From an uncultured Bacilli bacterium (GTDB taxonomy: Bacteria > Bacillota_I > Bacilli_A > RF39 > UBA660), in assembly GCA_934095965.1 (NCBI GenBank), contig CAKOKR010000003.1:1-52903 (forward strand): a DNA stretch of 52,903 bases, given 5' to 3'. Of this stretch, positions 18,174 through 25,942 are shown piece after piece. A program made the translations under genes and the position numbers. Each line of letters opens with the position of its first letter. Position 1 is the first letter of the stretch. Under the pieces are notes generated by a model, which did not search any database, had not been told where the DNA came from, and saw only the letters and a program-made list of their open reading frames with translations.

Positions 18174-18186
18174 AGAAAGGAAAATA

Positions 18187-18906
18187 ATGAAACCAGATTA
18201 TATAAGTAAACCAGATTGGGACATATTAACAAGTAAATATTCTAAAGAAGAATTAAATAATTTATTATCTTCTGGGGTATCACCCCAGTACTTAATTGGT
18301 AATGTTGAATTTTTAAATACAACAATTACCATAGATAAAAGAGTATTAATACCAAGATTTGAAACAGAAAACTTAGTTGATAAAACAATAAGATATGCAT
18401 CTAACTTGTTTAATAAAACGATAAATATAATTGACTTAGGAACGGGTTCTGGATGTATTGCTATAGCACTTAAAAAAAATCTAGATGCAAACATAACAGC
18501 ATTAGATATCTCTAGTGATGCACTAGAAGTCGCAAAACAAAATGCTATACTTAATAACACAGATATTATATTTGTTAATCAAAGTATGACAGAACCTCTA
18601 AAGAATAACTATGATATAATTATATCAAACCCACCATATATTCCATATGATGGATATGTTGAACAAATAGTAAAGAATAATGAACCATCCCTTGCATTAT
18701 ATGCAAGGGATAATGGTCTATACTTCTACAAGTATATTTTAAATAATCATTTAAAAAACTTAAATAGGCCAGGGTTAATAGCATTTGAAATCGGAGATAA
18801 TCAAAGACAGTCTCTAGAACCTCTAGTAGACAAATTAAATCTAAAATATAGCTTTGAAAAAGATTTACAAGGTTTAGATAGATATTTATTTATATTTAAT
18901 GAATAA
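18187..18906 (+). CDS. prmC: Release factor glutamine methyltransferase PrmC (HemK)
   Basis: SAM motif DLGTGSGCIA and catalytic NPPY. ATG 18187 is preferred over the track start 18148, which overlaps the upstream gene. Confidence 0.9.
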   Translation: MKPDYISKPDWDILTSKYSKEELNNLLSSGVSPQYLIGNVEFLNTTITIDKRVLIPRFETENLVDKTIRYASNLFNKTINIIDLGTGSGCIAIALKKNLDANITALDISSDALEVAKQNAILNNTDIIFVNQSMTEPLKNNYDIIISNPPYIPYDGYVEQIVKNNEPSLALYARDNGLYFYKYILNNHLKNLNRPGLIAFEIGDNQRQSLEPLVDKLNLKYSFEKDLQGLDRYLFIFNE

Positions 18907-18947
18907 GACATATGGGTTTCACCCATTATCTATACAGGTGATAAATT

Positions 18948-19454
18948 TTGAAAAAAATAATTATAGTTTTATTCATAATAACATTATTAGTAATATTTAC
19001 AACAAGTGAAGAAAAAGTAATAATACCTGAAAATGCAATAAGATTTAGAATTATAGCAAATAGTAATAACTTATCTGATCAAGAAGAAAAAATAAGAATA
19101 AAAAATGAATTAGAACCTGTTATAAGTGATATATTAAATAAATCAAATAATATCGAAGAAAGTAGATTAAATATAAAGAGTAATCTACAAAATATTAACA
19201 ATATAATTAATAAGTATAATACAAATTATAATGTTAATTATGGTATAAATTATTTTCCAGAAAAAACATATAAAGGAGTAACTTATAAAAGTGGAGATTA
19301 TGAATCATTAGTAGTTACTTTGGGTGATGGTTTAGGTGATAATTGGTGGTGTGTATTATTTCCACCATTATGTTTAATCGAAGCAAATAAAGAAGATTAT
19401 GATGAAATAACGTACACTTCATACATAAAAGAATTAATAGCAAAAAGTAACTAA
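18948..19454 (+). CDS. spoIIR: Stage II sporulation protein R
   Basis: Signal peptide, IRFRIIANSN, and DNWWCVLFPPLC near the C-terminus, all typical of SpoIIR. TTG start after an AGGTGA RBS. Confidence 0.8.
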   Translation: MKKIIIVLFIITLLVIFTTSEEKVIIPENAIRFRIIANSNNLSDQEEKIRIKNELEPVISDILNKSNNIEESRLNIKSNLQNINNIINKYNTNYNVNYGINYFPEKTYKGVTYKSGDYESLVVTLGDGLGDNWWCVLFPPLCLIEANKEDYDEITYTSYIKELIAKSN

Positions 19455-19484
19455 ATAAGCAAGATTAACATCTTGCTTATTTTA
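19455..19484 (+). terminator. Rho-independent terminator after spoIIR
   Basis: ATAAGCAAGAT-TAAC-ATCTTGCTTAT perfect 11 bp stem followed by TTT. Confidence 0.75.
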
Positions 19485-19569
19485 GTGTAGTATTTTTAAA
19501 TATTATTAAATTATGAAAATAATATAAGTTATTCACAAGTTAATAACATATAATTAAAAGGGTGATTAC

Positions 19570-20103
19570 ATGCAAGAGTTTATATCATTGTTATTAATCG
19601 GAGTATCTTTATCTATGGACACATTTTCTTTATCATTAAGTCTTGGCTCTATATCTAAAACTAATAAATATCTAAAAGTATTTCCATTTCTTGTAGGTAT
19701 ATTTCACTTTTTTATGCCATTGTTTGGAAACATACTTGGTATAACTATAATGAATACATTTAATATTGCAAGTAATATTGTACTTGGTTTAGTATTAATT
19801 GCCCTAGCAGTTAATCTAGCAATTCACTATTATAAAGAAGAAAATGTAAATCTAAATCTAAATTTATTAAGTGTATTATTTCTCGCATTTAGTGTATCAA
19901 TAGATTCTTTTACCGTAGGTCTTGGTATTAGTGATATTACAACTAAACATTATTTAGCAAGTTTTATCTTTGCAATATGTAGTTTTACTTTTACCACAAT
20001 TGGTTTGTTAATTGGTAAGTATTCTTTTAAAGTAATTGGCAAATATGCAAGTTTATGTGGTATTATTTTATTACTCATACTTGGTATATTCTACCTTATT
20101 TGA
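19570..20103 (+). CDS. mntP: Manganese efflux pump MntP family (DUF204)
   Basis: Six-TM protein with the duplicated motifs SLSMDTFSLSL and SVSIDSFTVGL. Confidence 0.75.
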   Translation: MQEFISLLLIGVSLSMDTFSLSLSLGSISKTNKYLKVFPFLVGIFHFFMPLFGNILGITIMNTFNIASNIVLGLVLIALAVNLAIHYYKEENVNLNLNLLSVLFLAFSVSIDSFTVGLGISDITTKHYLASFIFAICSFTFTTIGLLIGKYSFKVIGKYASLCGIILLLILGIFYLI

Positions 20104-20173
20104 CACTTATTAACAACAATAAATAGTAAAATAATTGATATTGTGTTATAATCAAGAAAAGGAAGTGAGTACT

Positions 20174-20620
20174 ATGGATACAATGATGATTGCAATAATA
20201 GTTATAGCTGTATTAGCATGCTCAGTTATTATTTTTGTTATATTATCTATATTTAATCCAAAATTTCAAGGCAAAATGATGAGTAAACAAATAAAGTCAG
20301 TTAAACATATGATGGATTATAGTAAAGATGATTTAAAAGAATTAATGAAAACAACTGCTAAAACAGAGACTATAGCTGAAAAAGAGATACTTGATGAAAA
20401 TGAAGAAATAATGTCTAGCAACGAAAAAAGGAAAGCAAATATTAAAAAAGAAAGTATTGAAGTAACAGCTAGAGCTATAAAAGATGGATTAACAAGTAAT
20501 AAAATATATTGCAGATATTGTGGTACTTCCATAGAAAGTGACTCTAGATTTTGTAAAAATTGTGGTACTTCCATAGAAAGTGACTCTAGATTTTGTAAAA
20601 ATTGTGGTAAAGAACAATAA
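20174..20620 (+). CDS. Membrane-anchored zinc-ribbon protein with a duplicated CxxC unit
   Basis: ATG 20174 follows an AAAGGAAGTGAG RBS. N-terminal TM segment. The C-terminus is YCRYCGTSIESDSRFCKNCGTSIESDSRFCKNCGKEQ. Confidence 0.6.
   Translation: MDTMMIAIIVIAVLACSVIIFVILSIFNPKFQGKMMSKQIKSVKHMMDYSKDDLKELMKTTAKTETIAEKEILDENEEIMSSNEKRKANIKKESIEVTARAIKDGLTSNKIYCRYCGTSIESDSRFCKNCGTSIESDSRFCKNCGKEQ
20517..20609 (+). repeat. Perfect 42 bp tandem repeat, 2.2 copies, in frame
   Basis: ATTGTGGTACTTCCATAGAAAGTGACTCTAGATTTTGTAAAA occurs at 20517-20558 and 20559-20600, followed by the partial copy ATTGTGGTA. Confidence 0.95.
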
Positions 20621-20641
20621 ATTACCATAAAATTTAAAGAG

Positions 20642-21904
20642 GTGGGAATTTTGAAAAGAATTATTATTGAGGGTAATAGACCTTTAAGTGGAAAAATTAA
20701 AATAGGTGGAGCAAAAAATAGTGTTGTTGCCTTAATACCAGCATCTATAATGGCAGATGGGAAAGTTCATATAAGTAATGTTCCAAATATATCTGATAAA
20801 GATGCATTAGTAGATATATTAAAACATTTAAATGTATCAGTATTAACAGAAAAAGATAGTATGACTATTGATGCAAGCAATTTAAATAACAAATTAATAA
20901 CAGAAGAATTAAGTAATAGATTAAGAGCATCATATTATTTTATGGGAGCTTTACTTGCAAGATTTAAACATGTAGAAATGTTTTTTCCAGGTGGATGTAA
21001 TATTGGAACACGTCCCATTAATTTACATTTAAAAGGCTTTGAAAGTCTTGGTGCTAAAGTAATTAAAGAAGAATCAAAATATATAATAACTGCAGATGAA
21101 TTAAAAGGTGCAGACATATACTTAGATTTTGCATCAGTAGGAGCAACAATAAATATCATGTTTGCAGCATCAATGGCAAAAGGAATAACTACAATAAATA
21201 ATGCAGCAAGAGAAGCAGAAATATCTAACATTGCAGAATTACTTAATAACATGGGTGCCAAAATAAAAGGAGCAGGAACAGAAAAAATAACTATTGAAGG
21301 TGTTCCAAAACTTCATAGTGCAGAAGTTAAAGTTATACCAGATCGTATTGAAGCAGGAACATATATTATAATGGGAGCCCTACTCGGAGATAATCTAGAA
21401 ATAGATGGAATGGTTCCTGAACATAATATACTACTTTTAAATAAACTTCAAGAAATGGGTGTAAGTTTTGAAATTAAAAATCATAAAATAATATTAAATA
21501 AAATAGATAGATTATTACCAACTAATGTAAGAACTAGTGAATATCCAGGTTTTCCGACTGACCTTGGTCAACCAATATCTGTGTTATTAACACAAGCCCA
21601 AGGTACTTCTCTTTTTGAAGAAACAATCTGGGAAAATAGAATGGGACATGTTAAATATTTAAATATGATGGGTGCTAATATAGAAACTACAGGTATGCGT
21701 GCAAGAATTACTGGACCAACTAAATTACATGGAACAGAAATATCTGCAACAGATTTAAGAGCAGGTGCTGCCTTAGTAACTGCAGGTCTAATCGCAGATG
21801 GAACTACAGTTATAAATAATGCAGATTATATATTAAGAGGTTATGAAAGAATTATTAACAAACTTTCTAAAGTTGGTGCTAATATTAAGATAGTTGAAAT
21901 ATAA
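20642..21904 (+). CDS. murA: UDP-N-acetylglucosamine 1-carboxyvinyltransferase
   Basis: Active-site region FPGGCNIGTRPINLHL. 420 aa. GTG start at 20642, with TTG 20651 as an alternative. Confidence 0.9.
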   Translation: MGILKRIIIEGNRPLSGKIKIGGAKNSVVALIPASIMADGKVHISNVPNISDKDALVDILKHLNVSVLTEKDSMTIDASNLNNKLITEELSNRLRASYYFMGALLARFKHVEMFFPGGCNIGTRPINLHLKGFESLGAKVIKEESKYIITADELKGADIYLDFASVGATINIMFAASMAKGITTINNAAREAEISNIAELLNNMGAKIKGAGTEKITIEGVPKLHSAEVKVIPDRIEAGTYIIMGALLGDNLEIDGMVPEHNILLLNKLQEMGVSFEIKNHKIILNKIDRLLPTNVRTSEYPGFPTDLGQPISVLLTQAQGTSLFEETIWENRMGHVKYLNMMGANIETTGMRARITGPTKLHGTEISATDLRAGAALVTAGLIADGTTVINNADYILRGYERIINKLSKVGANIKIVEI

Positions 21905-21929
21905 TGTAAAGAGAAATCTTTACATTTTT
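21905..21929 (+). terminator. Rho-independent terminator after murA
   Basis: TGTAAAGA-GAAA-TCTTTACA followed by TTTTT. Confidence 0.75.
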
Positions 21930-21945
21930 ATTTTACGGAGGAACT

Positions 21946-22635
21946 ATGAAAAGAAGATATAAGTTAATTATTATCATTAGTATTGGCATTATCTTAACAA
22001 TTTTTATTAATAGTTTAAAAGTAACATCTAAAATATCTTTAGTTGCTCTAGGAGATGGCTTTAGTGAAGGTATGACTCCATATAATGTCGCAGGTATAAG
22101 TTATAATGATTATCTAAAAGAATTATATCTTAGGGATAATAACTTAGATGATTATAATCATGAATTTACCGAAGAACATTTAACTACTCACATGTTAAAT
22201 GAAATAATATCTAATAATAAAAAAGGTAAATTAACTAGTTTACCAATAAAACAAGTACTTGCTAAAGCAGATTTAATAACTATATCTATTGGTTTAAATG
22301 AATTTGCAGAAAAATCTTTTTTAGAAAAAATAAATAAAGACATGATAGATTCTTATTTAGATGAAATAAATATTTTATTTTCATCTATCAGAGAATTCTA
22401 TCAAAAAGATATAGTATTTATTGGGTTATACCCAGCTGTCAACTTTAAAAAAAGTGACGTAATAGAAGTAAATTCTAAATTAAAACTATTATGTGGTAAA
22501 TATAATATTAATTTTTTAGATATATTAGCTTTATCACTAAAAAAAGATTATTACCTAGAAGATAATAGTTATTACTTGAATTATAAAGCTCATGAACAAA
22601 TAGCTACTTTAATTTATGATATGTATAAAAAATAA
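21946..22635 (+). CDS. SGNH/GDSL-like hydrolase family protein, membrane anchored
   Basis: N-terminal TM segment and block I-like VALGDGFSEG. The assignment is weak. Confidence 0.5.
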   Translation: MKRRYKLIIIISIGIILTIFINSLKVTSKISLVALGDGFSEGMTPYNVAGISYNDYLKELYLRDNNLDDYNHEFTEEHLTTHMLNEIISNNKKGKLTSLPIKQVLAKADLITISIGLNEFAEKSFLEKINKDMIDSYLDEINILFSSIREFYQKDIVFIGLYPAVNFKKSDVIEVNSKLKLLCGKYNINFLDILALSLKKDYYLEDNSYYLNYKAHEQIATLIYDMYKK

Positions 22636-22663
22636 TTACAAATTTCGCTTCTTATGATATAAT
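22636..22663 (+). promoter_or_regulatory. Sigma-A-type promoter with an extended -10
   Basis: TTACAA, 16 nt spacer, TGaTATAAT. Located directly after the SGNH gene stop and directly before the G+C-rich island. Confidence 0.6.
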
Positions 22664-22667
22664 TCGC

Positions 22668-22768
22668 GTGATTCTAAAGGTTCGTACCGTGCGTTCCGCG
22701 TGTATGTTGAAGGCCGTGTTTTACTAGACCGTGTCGACAGTATGAACGACTTGCACCCAACATTTTTT
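22668..22768 (+). ncRNA. Candidate small structured RNA of unknown class (orphan G+C-rich island)
   Basis: About half G+C by hand count (49 of 96 nt for 22665-22760) in a very AT-rich region. Promoter immediately upstream. Long-range stem ATGTTG..GG (22704-22713) with CC.CAACAT (22756-22763), followed by TTTTTT. Internal hairpins GTCG/CGAC and CCGTGCG-TTC-CGCGTGG. No downstream + strand gene. Confidence 0.45.
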
Positions 22769-22880
22769 CTAACTTCATCTGTTCAATATGCATCAAGTGA
22801 TGGAACAATTTTTAATCCAATTAGATTGAAAATTTAATAAAGAGAGTAAACTTTTAACAAGGAATGCTCTTTTTTAATAC

Positions 22881-22925
22881 ATAAATAAAGAAGCAAAGGT
22901 GTTACTCTGTAACTTCTACCTTTGC
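22881..22925 (-). terminator. Terminator of the minus-strand RHH gene
   Basis: GCAAAGGT ... ACCTTTGC 8 bp stem spanning the stop codon, followed on the minus strand by a U-rich tract. Confidence 0.6.
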
Positions 22926-23099
22926 CTCTTCTTCCATGTTTTCAAGAGAATACTTTACACACTCATTAATTAATCTATTAACAGTTATATTATTTTTAAT
23001 AGATAACTCTTCTAATTTATCAGCTAAACTACGTTTAATACGAATAGTTTTAGTAACAGTACTCTCTTCATTAACTTTTGGAATTGTAAATTTTTTCAT
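22902..23099 (-). CDS. Ribbon-helix-helix (CopG/Arc/MetJ-like) DNA-binding protein
   Basis: MKKFTIPKVNEESTVTKTIRIKRSLADKLEELSIKNNITVNRLINECVKYSL has a beta-strand then two-helix pattern. Start at 23099 follows an AGAGGGA RBS. The track start 23156 is likely an extension. Confidence 0.6.
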   Translation of the reverse strand: MKKFTIPKVNEESTVTKTIRIKRSLADKLEELSIKNNITVNRLINECVKYSLENMEEEAKVEVTE

Positions 23100-23279
23100 A
23101 TGTTGTTCCCTCTTCTTAATCATATCAAATAAAAAAGTATTGAGAAAGTAACACAATTTTGATTACAAATTGTATTACTTGTGATAAAATATAAATATAA
23201 TAACAAAAAATTAATATAGTCATCATAAAATGCCAAAATATTTATTAATAATTTGTTATATTAAAAAGGGTGTATTAAT

Positions 23280-23423
23280 ATGAAGAAAATAATATTAAGT
23301 ATTATATCTATATTTATTATAATTACTATTTTAATTGTTGATAACTCTAAAGTTATCAATAAAGAAGATAATAATAAAATAAAAGTTAATAATAATTTAT
23401 TATGCATAATGTTAGAACCATAA
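23280..23423 (+). CDS. Possible 47 aa signal-anchor-only ORF, possibly a gene remnant
   Basis: Hand translation is MKKIILSIISIFIIITILIVDNSKVINKEDNNKIKVNNNLLCIMLEP, after an AAGGGTG RBS. Not in the ORF track. Confidence 0.25.
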   Translation: MKKIILSIISIFIIITILIVDNSKVINKEDNNKIKVNNNLLCIMLEP

Positions 23424-23492
23424 GATAATGGTGGAGAGTATCAAACATTAACATAAAGTCATGTAAAATTAATAAAAAGTGTTAAAAGTAAC

Positions 23493-23520
23493 TTGCTTAT
23501 TGTATAAAATATGGTATAAT
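23493..23520 (+). promoter_or_regulatory. Sigma-A-type promoter of rpmE
   Basis: TTGCTT, 16 nt spacer, TGgTATAAT. Confidence 0.55.
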
Positions 23521-23577
23521 AGGTTAGAAAAACGAATTACTATGCCATGGATATGGTATGGCGGAAGGAGAGAATAT

Positions 23578-23790
23578 ATGAAAGCAAATATCCATCCAGA
23601 AGTTAAAGATGCTACTGTAACTTGTGCTTGTGGTGCTACATTCAAAACTAAATCAGTTAAAGAAAAAATTGATGTAGAAATTTGTAGTGAATGTCATCCA
23701 TTCTATACAGGAACACAAGGAAAAGCTAAGAAGACTGGAAACATTGAAAAATTCAATAAAAAATTTGGTTTAGATAAAGAACAAAACTAA
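23578..23790 (+). CDS. rpmE: 50S ribosomal protein L31 (zinc-binding type A)
   Basis: MKANIHPE N-terminus, CACG ... [10 protein letters not shown] cysteine motifs, GGAAGGAGAG RBS. The track start 23479 is an upstream extension. Confidence 0.9.
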   Translation: MKANIHPEVKDATVTCACGATFKTKSVKEKIDVEICSECHPFYTGTQGKAKKTGNIEKFNKKFGLDKEQN

Positions 23791-23818
23791 TGCATTTGTT
23801 CTTTTCTTATGCACAATA

Positions 23819-24208
23819 TTAATTTAAAAGATATAATATAATTACTTTAGTGGCAATTATATTATTGATTTTATGTAAAATAAAATAGAAAAGATAGAAT
23901 AATAATAAAGTTATAAGACCACCAAAAAATATAAAAGAAAATGCAGTTCTAGTAATTCTATAGGCAATATACCAACATACAGTAAATACTAAACTAATAA
24001 AAAGATATTGAAGCAATAAAACTAATATAACAAGAAATGTATTAAAAGAAAATGTTAAAGCAGAAATAACTATATATAACTTAAAAGCCAAAACAATTGC
24101 CGATAATAAAAAAAATAACAAGAATCCTCCCAGAAAACCTTTTTCTTCAAATAATTTGCGTAAAAATAATAATAACGCTATACCAATTATTACAGATAAT
24201 ACATTCAT
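23819..24208 (-). CDS. Hypothetical polytopic membrane protein
   Basis: 129 aa, about four hydrophobic segments, no motif. Confidence 0.45.
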   Translation of the reverse strand: MNVLSVIIGIALLLFLRKLFEEKGFLGGFLLFFLLSAIVLAFKLYIVISALTFSFNTFLVILVLLLQYLFISLVFTVCWYIAYRITRTAFSFIFFGGLITLLLFYLFYFILHKINNIIATKVIILYLLN

Positions 24209-24346
24209 AAACTCAACTCCTATTTTTAAAAAAATTATATCATAGATAAGTGGGGAAGTAAATATAATATATTATCATAAATTAAATAACAACGATCTTA
24301 AAAAAATAGACATTAAGAATAAATTTTAGTATAATTATAAAAGGAG

Positions 24347-24802
24347 ATGATTATTATAAAAATATTTTTAGGATTTGACCATCAAGGAGTTAAAGTAAAA
24401 GATGAAATAATAAACTATTTAAACGAAAATGGGTTTAACGTATCTGTATGTCCATTTGAAAATGATGAAACAGATGATTATCCAGATTTTGCAAAATGGG
24501 TATGTGAAAATGTTTTAAATGAAAAAGGATTAGGAATCCTTGTATGTGGTTCTGGTATAGGAATGTCTATATGTGCCAACAAAGTAAAAGGAATATATTG
24601 TGCCAGAGTAGTAGATGGAAATGATGCCTTTACTGCTAAAAATCATAATGGTGCCAATGTAATAGCATTTAGTTCAAACATTAACACAAGTGAAATCCAC
24701 AATATAATTGACAACTTTGTTATGACCAAAGAACCAACCGAAGAAAGACATTTAAGAAGAATAGAAAAAATAAAAGAAATGGAAAATAACTATGCAAATT
24801 AA
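24347..24802 (+). CDS. rpiB: Ribose-5-phosphate isomerase B (RpiB/LacAB family)
   Basis: LVCGSGIGMSICANKVKGIYCARV and NGANVIAF motifs. About 150 aa. Confidence 0.85.
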   Translation: MIIIKIFLGFDHQGVKVKDEIINYLNENGFNVSVCPFENDETDDYPDFAKWVCENVLNEKGLGILVCGSGIGMSICANKVKGIYCARVVDGNDAFTAKNHNGANVIAFSSNINTSEIHNIIDNFVMTKEPTEERHLRRIEKIKEMENNYAN

Positions 24803-24977
24803 ATTAATATTATATATCTTTTTTACCTTTCTTAGTTTATTTGGTTTCTCAGGAATAAACTATGATGGCTTTATTAAAAAAGGAAGGGTAATCGAAGCTA
24901 AAGTACTTGTAATGGTTTTAAGTTTTGGTTTTGGTTATTTACTAACAAACTTTGTCATAGATTTTATAAATCTATAA
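24792..24977 (+). CDS. Small two-TM membrane protein (YwzB/DUF1146-like by size and synteny)
   Basis: 61 aa with two hydrophobic helices. Overlaps the rpiB stop. Confidence 0.4.
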   Translation: MQIKLILYIFFTFLSLFGFSGINYDGFIKKGRVIEAKVLVMVLSFGFGYLLTNFVIDFINL

Positions 24978-24988
24978 TATAATGTATC

Positions 24989-25900
24989 ATGAAAAATAAA
25001 CATTTAATTATAATCATAATTATATTATTTGCTATATCAATTATAAGTAGTCCCAGAAAGACTACTTCTTTTAATAATGTAAAAAAACCTATTAAAGAAG
25101 AAATAATGTTAAATGTGTTAGATAAAAAGACTAATGAAATAATTAAAATTAACCTAGAAGATTATGTAATTGGTGTAGTATCCGGAGAAATGCCAGCATC
25201 TTTTAATGAAGAAGCCTTAAAAGCCCAAGCAATAGCATCAAGAACCTATGCTATATTTAAATTAAATAATAATAATGGTAAATCTTATGACTTAGTAACA
25301 GATATAACAAACCAAGTATATTTAAATAGTGAAGAACAACAAAATCTATGGAAAGAAAACTATGAAAAGTATCATGATAAAATAAGTAAATGTGTTAAAG
25401 ATACCGAAGGATTAGTTATGAAATATAATGATGAAGTAATAGCTAGTTATTATTTTGCTTATTCAAACGGACAAACTGAAAATGTAGAATATGTCTTCGG
25501 TGAAACAAAAGACTATTTAAAAAGTGTAGAATCAAATGAAGGAATAAACATAACTAATGAAGTAGTTATGTCAAAAAAAGATTTTTGTAATAAACTAAAT
25601 ATTGAATGTAACGATATTTTAATAACTAACAAGTTACTAACAAAATCCAATCGTGTAGAAAAACTTGATATAAACGGAAAAACTTTTAATGGAACAGAAA
25701 TTAGAAAACTACTTAATTTAAAATCCACAGACTTTGACATACAATATAATGATAATGTAACTATTACCACCAAAGGATATGGTCATGGAGTTGGAATGAG
25801 TCAATACGGAGCAAATTACTTAGCTAAAAATGGAAAAACATATGAAGAAATACTAAAATATTATTATCAAAATATAAATATTAGTAAAATAAATGTATAA
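24989..25900 (+). CDS. spoIID: Stage II sporulation protein D (lytic transglycosylase, SpoIID/LytB domain)
   Basis: EALKAQAIASRTYA and GYGHGVGMSQYGA motifs. N-terminal anchor. Confidence 0.85.
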   Translation: MKNKHLIIIIIILFAISIISSPRKTTSFNNVKKPIKEEIMLNVLDKKTNEIIKINLEDYVIGVVSGEMPASFNEEALKAQAIASRTYAIFKLNNNNGKSYDLVTDITNQVYLNSEEQQNLWKENYEKYHDKISKCVKDTEGLVMKYNDEVIASYYFAYSNGQTENVEYVFGETKDYLKSVESNEGINITNEVVMSKKDFCNKLNIECNDILITNKLLTKSNRVEKLDINGKTFNGTEIRKLLNLKSTDFDIQYNDNVTITTKGYGHGVGMSQYGANYLAKNGKTYEEILKYYYQNINISKINV

Positions 25901-25942
25901 AACAAAATAAATGCAACCATACTTTAATTAGGATGGTGAAAT

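Noticed and set aside
19485-19569. Looked for a yybP-ykoY manganese riboswitch upstream of mntP.
   Set aside because: The region is about 85 nt of AT-rich sequence with no conserved G+C-rich helices.
22655-22705. Superficial resemblance of TATAATTCGCGTGAT... to the 5' end of purine riboswitches (UAUAAUCGCGUGGAUAUGGCACGCAAG...).
   Set aside because: No complementary CACGCG strand to form P2. None of the conserved J2/3 or P3 sequences are present. The TATAAT is better explained as the -10 box.
22658-22837. A 59-codon stop-free reading frame running through the orphan G+C-rich island.
   Set aside because: Not annotated as a CDS. There is no RBS or ATG at its 5' end (the first ATG leaves 27 codons), and the Arg codon usage is atypical. 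It is kept only as an alternative hypothesis (a gene relic) within the finding.
22668-22876. Considered 6S RNA for a transcript of about 205 nt running to the second T-run (22868-22876). 5' TAAAGGTT (22675-22682) can pair with AACTTTTA, and ATTC can pair with GAAT, near the 3' end.
   Set aside because: A 6S-type rod needs complementary composition on both strands. Here the 5' third is G+C-rich and the 3' two-thirds are AT-rich. The G+C-rich part also closes on itself before the first T-run.
22936-23151. Plus-strand 71 aa ORF opposite the RHH gene.
   Set aside because: The minus-strand frame gives a clean RHH-like sequence with an RBS and a terminator. The plus frame is a hydrophobic shadow.
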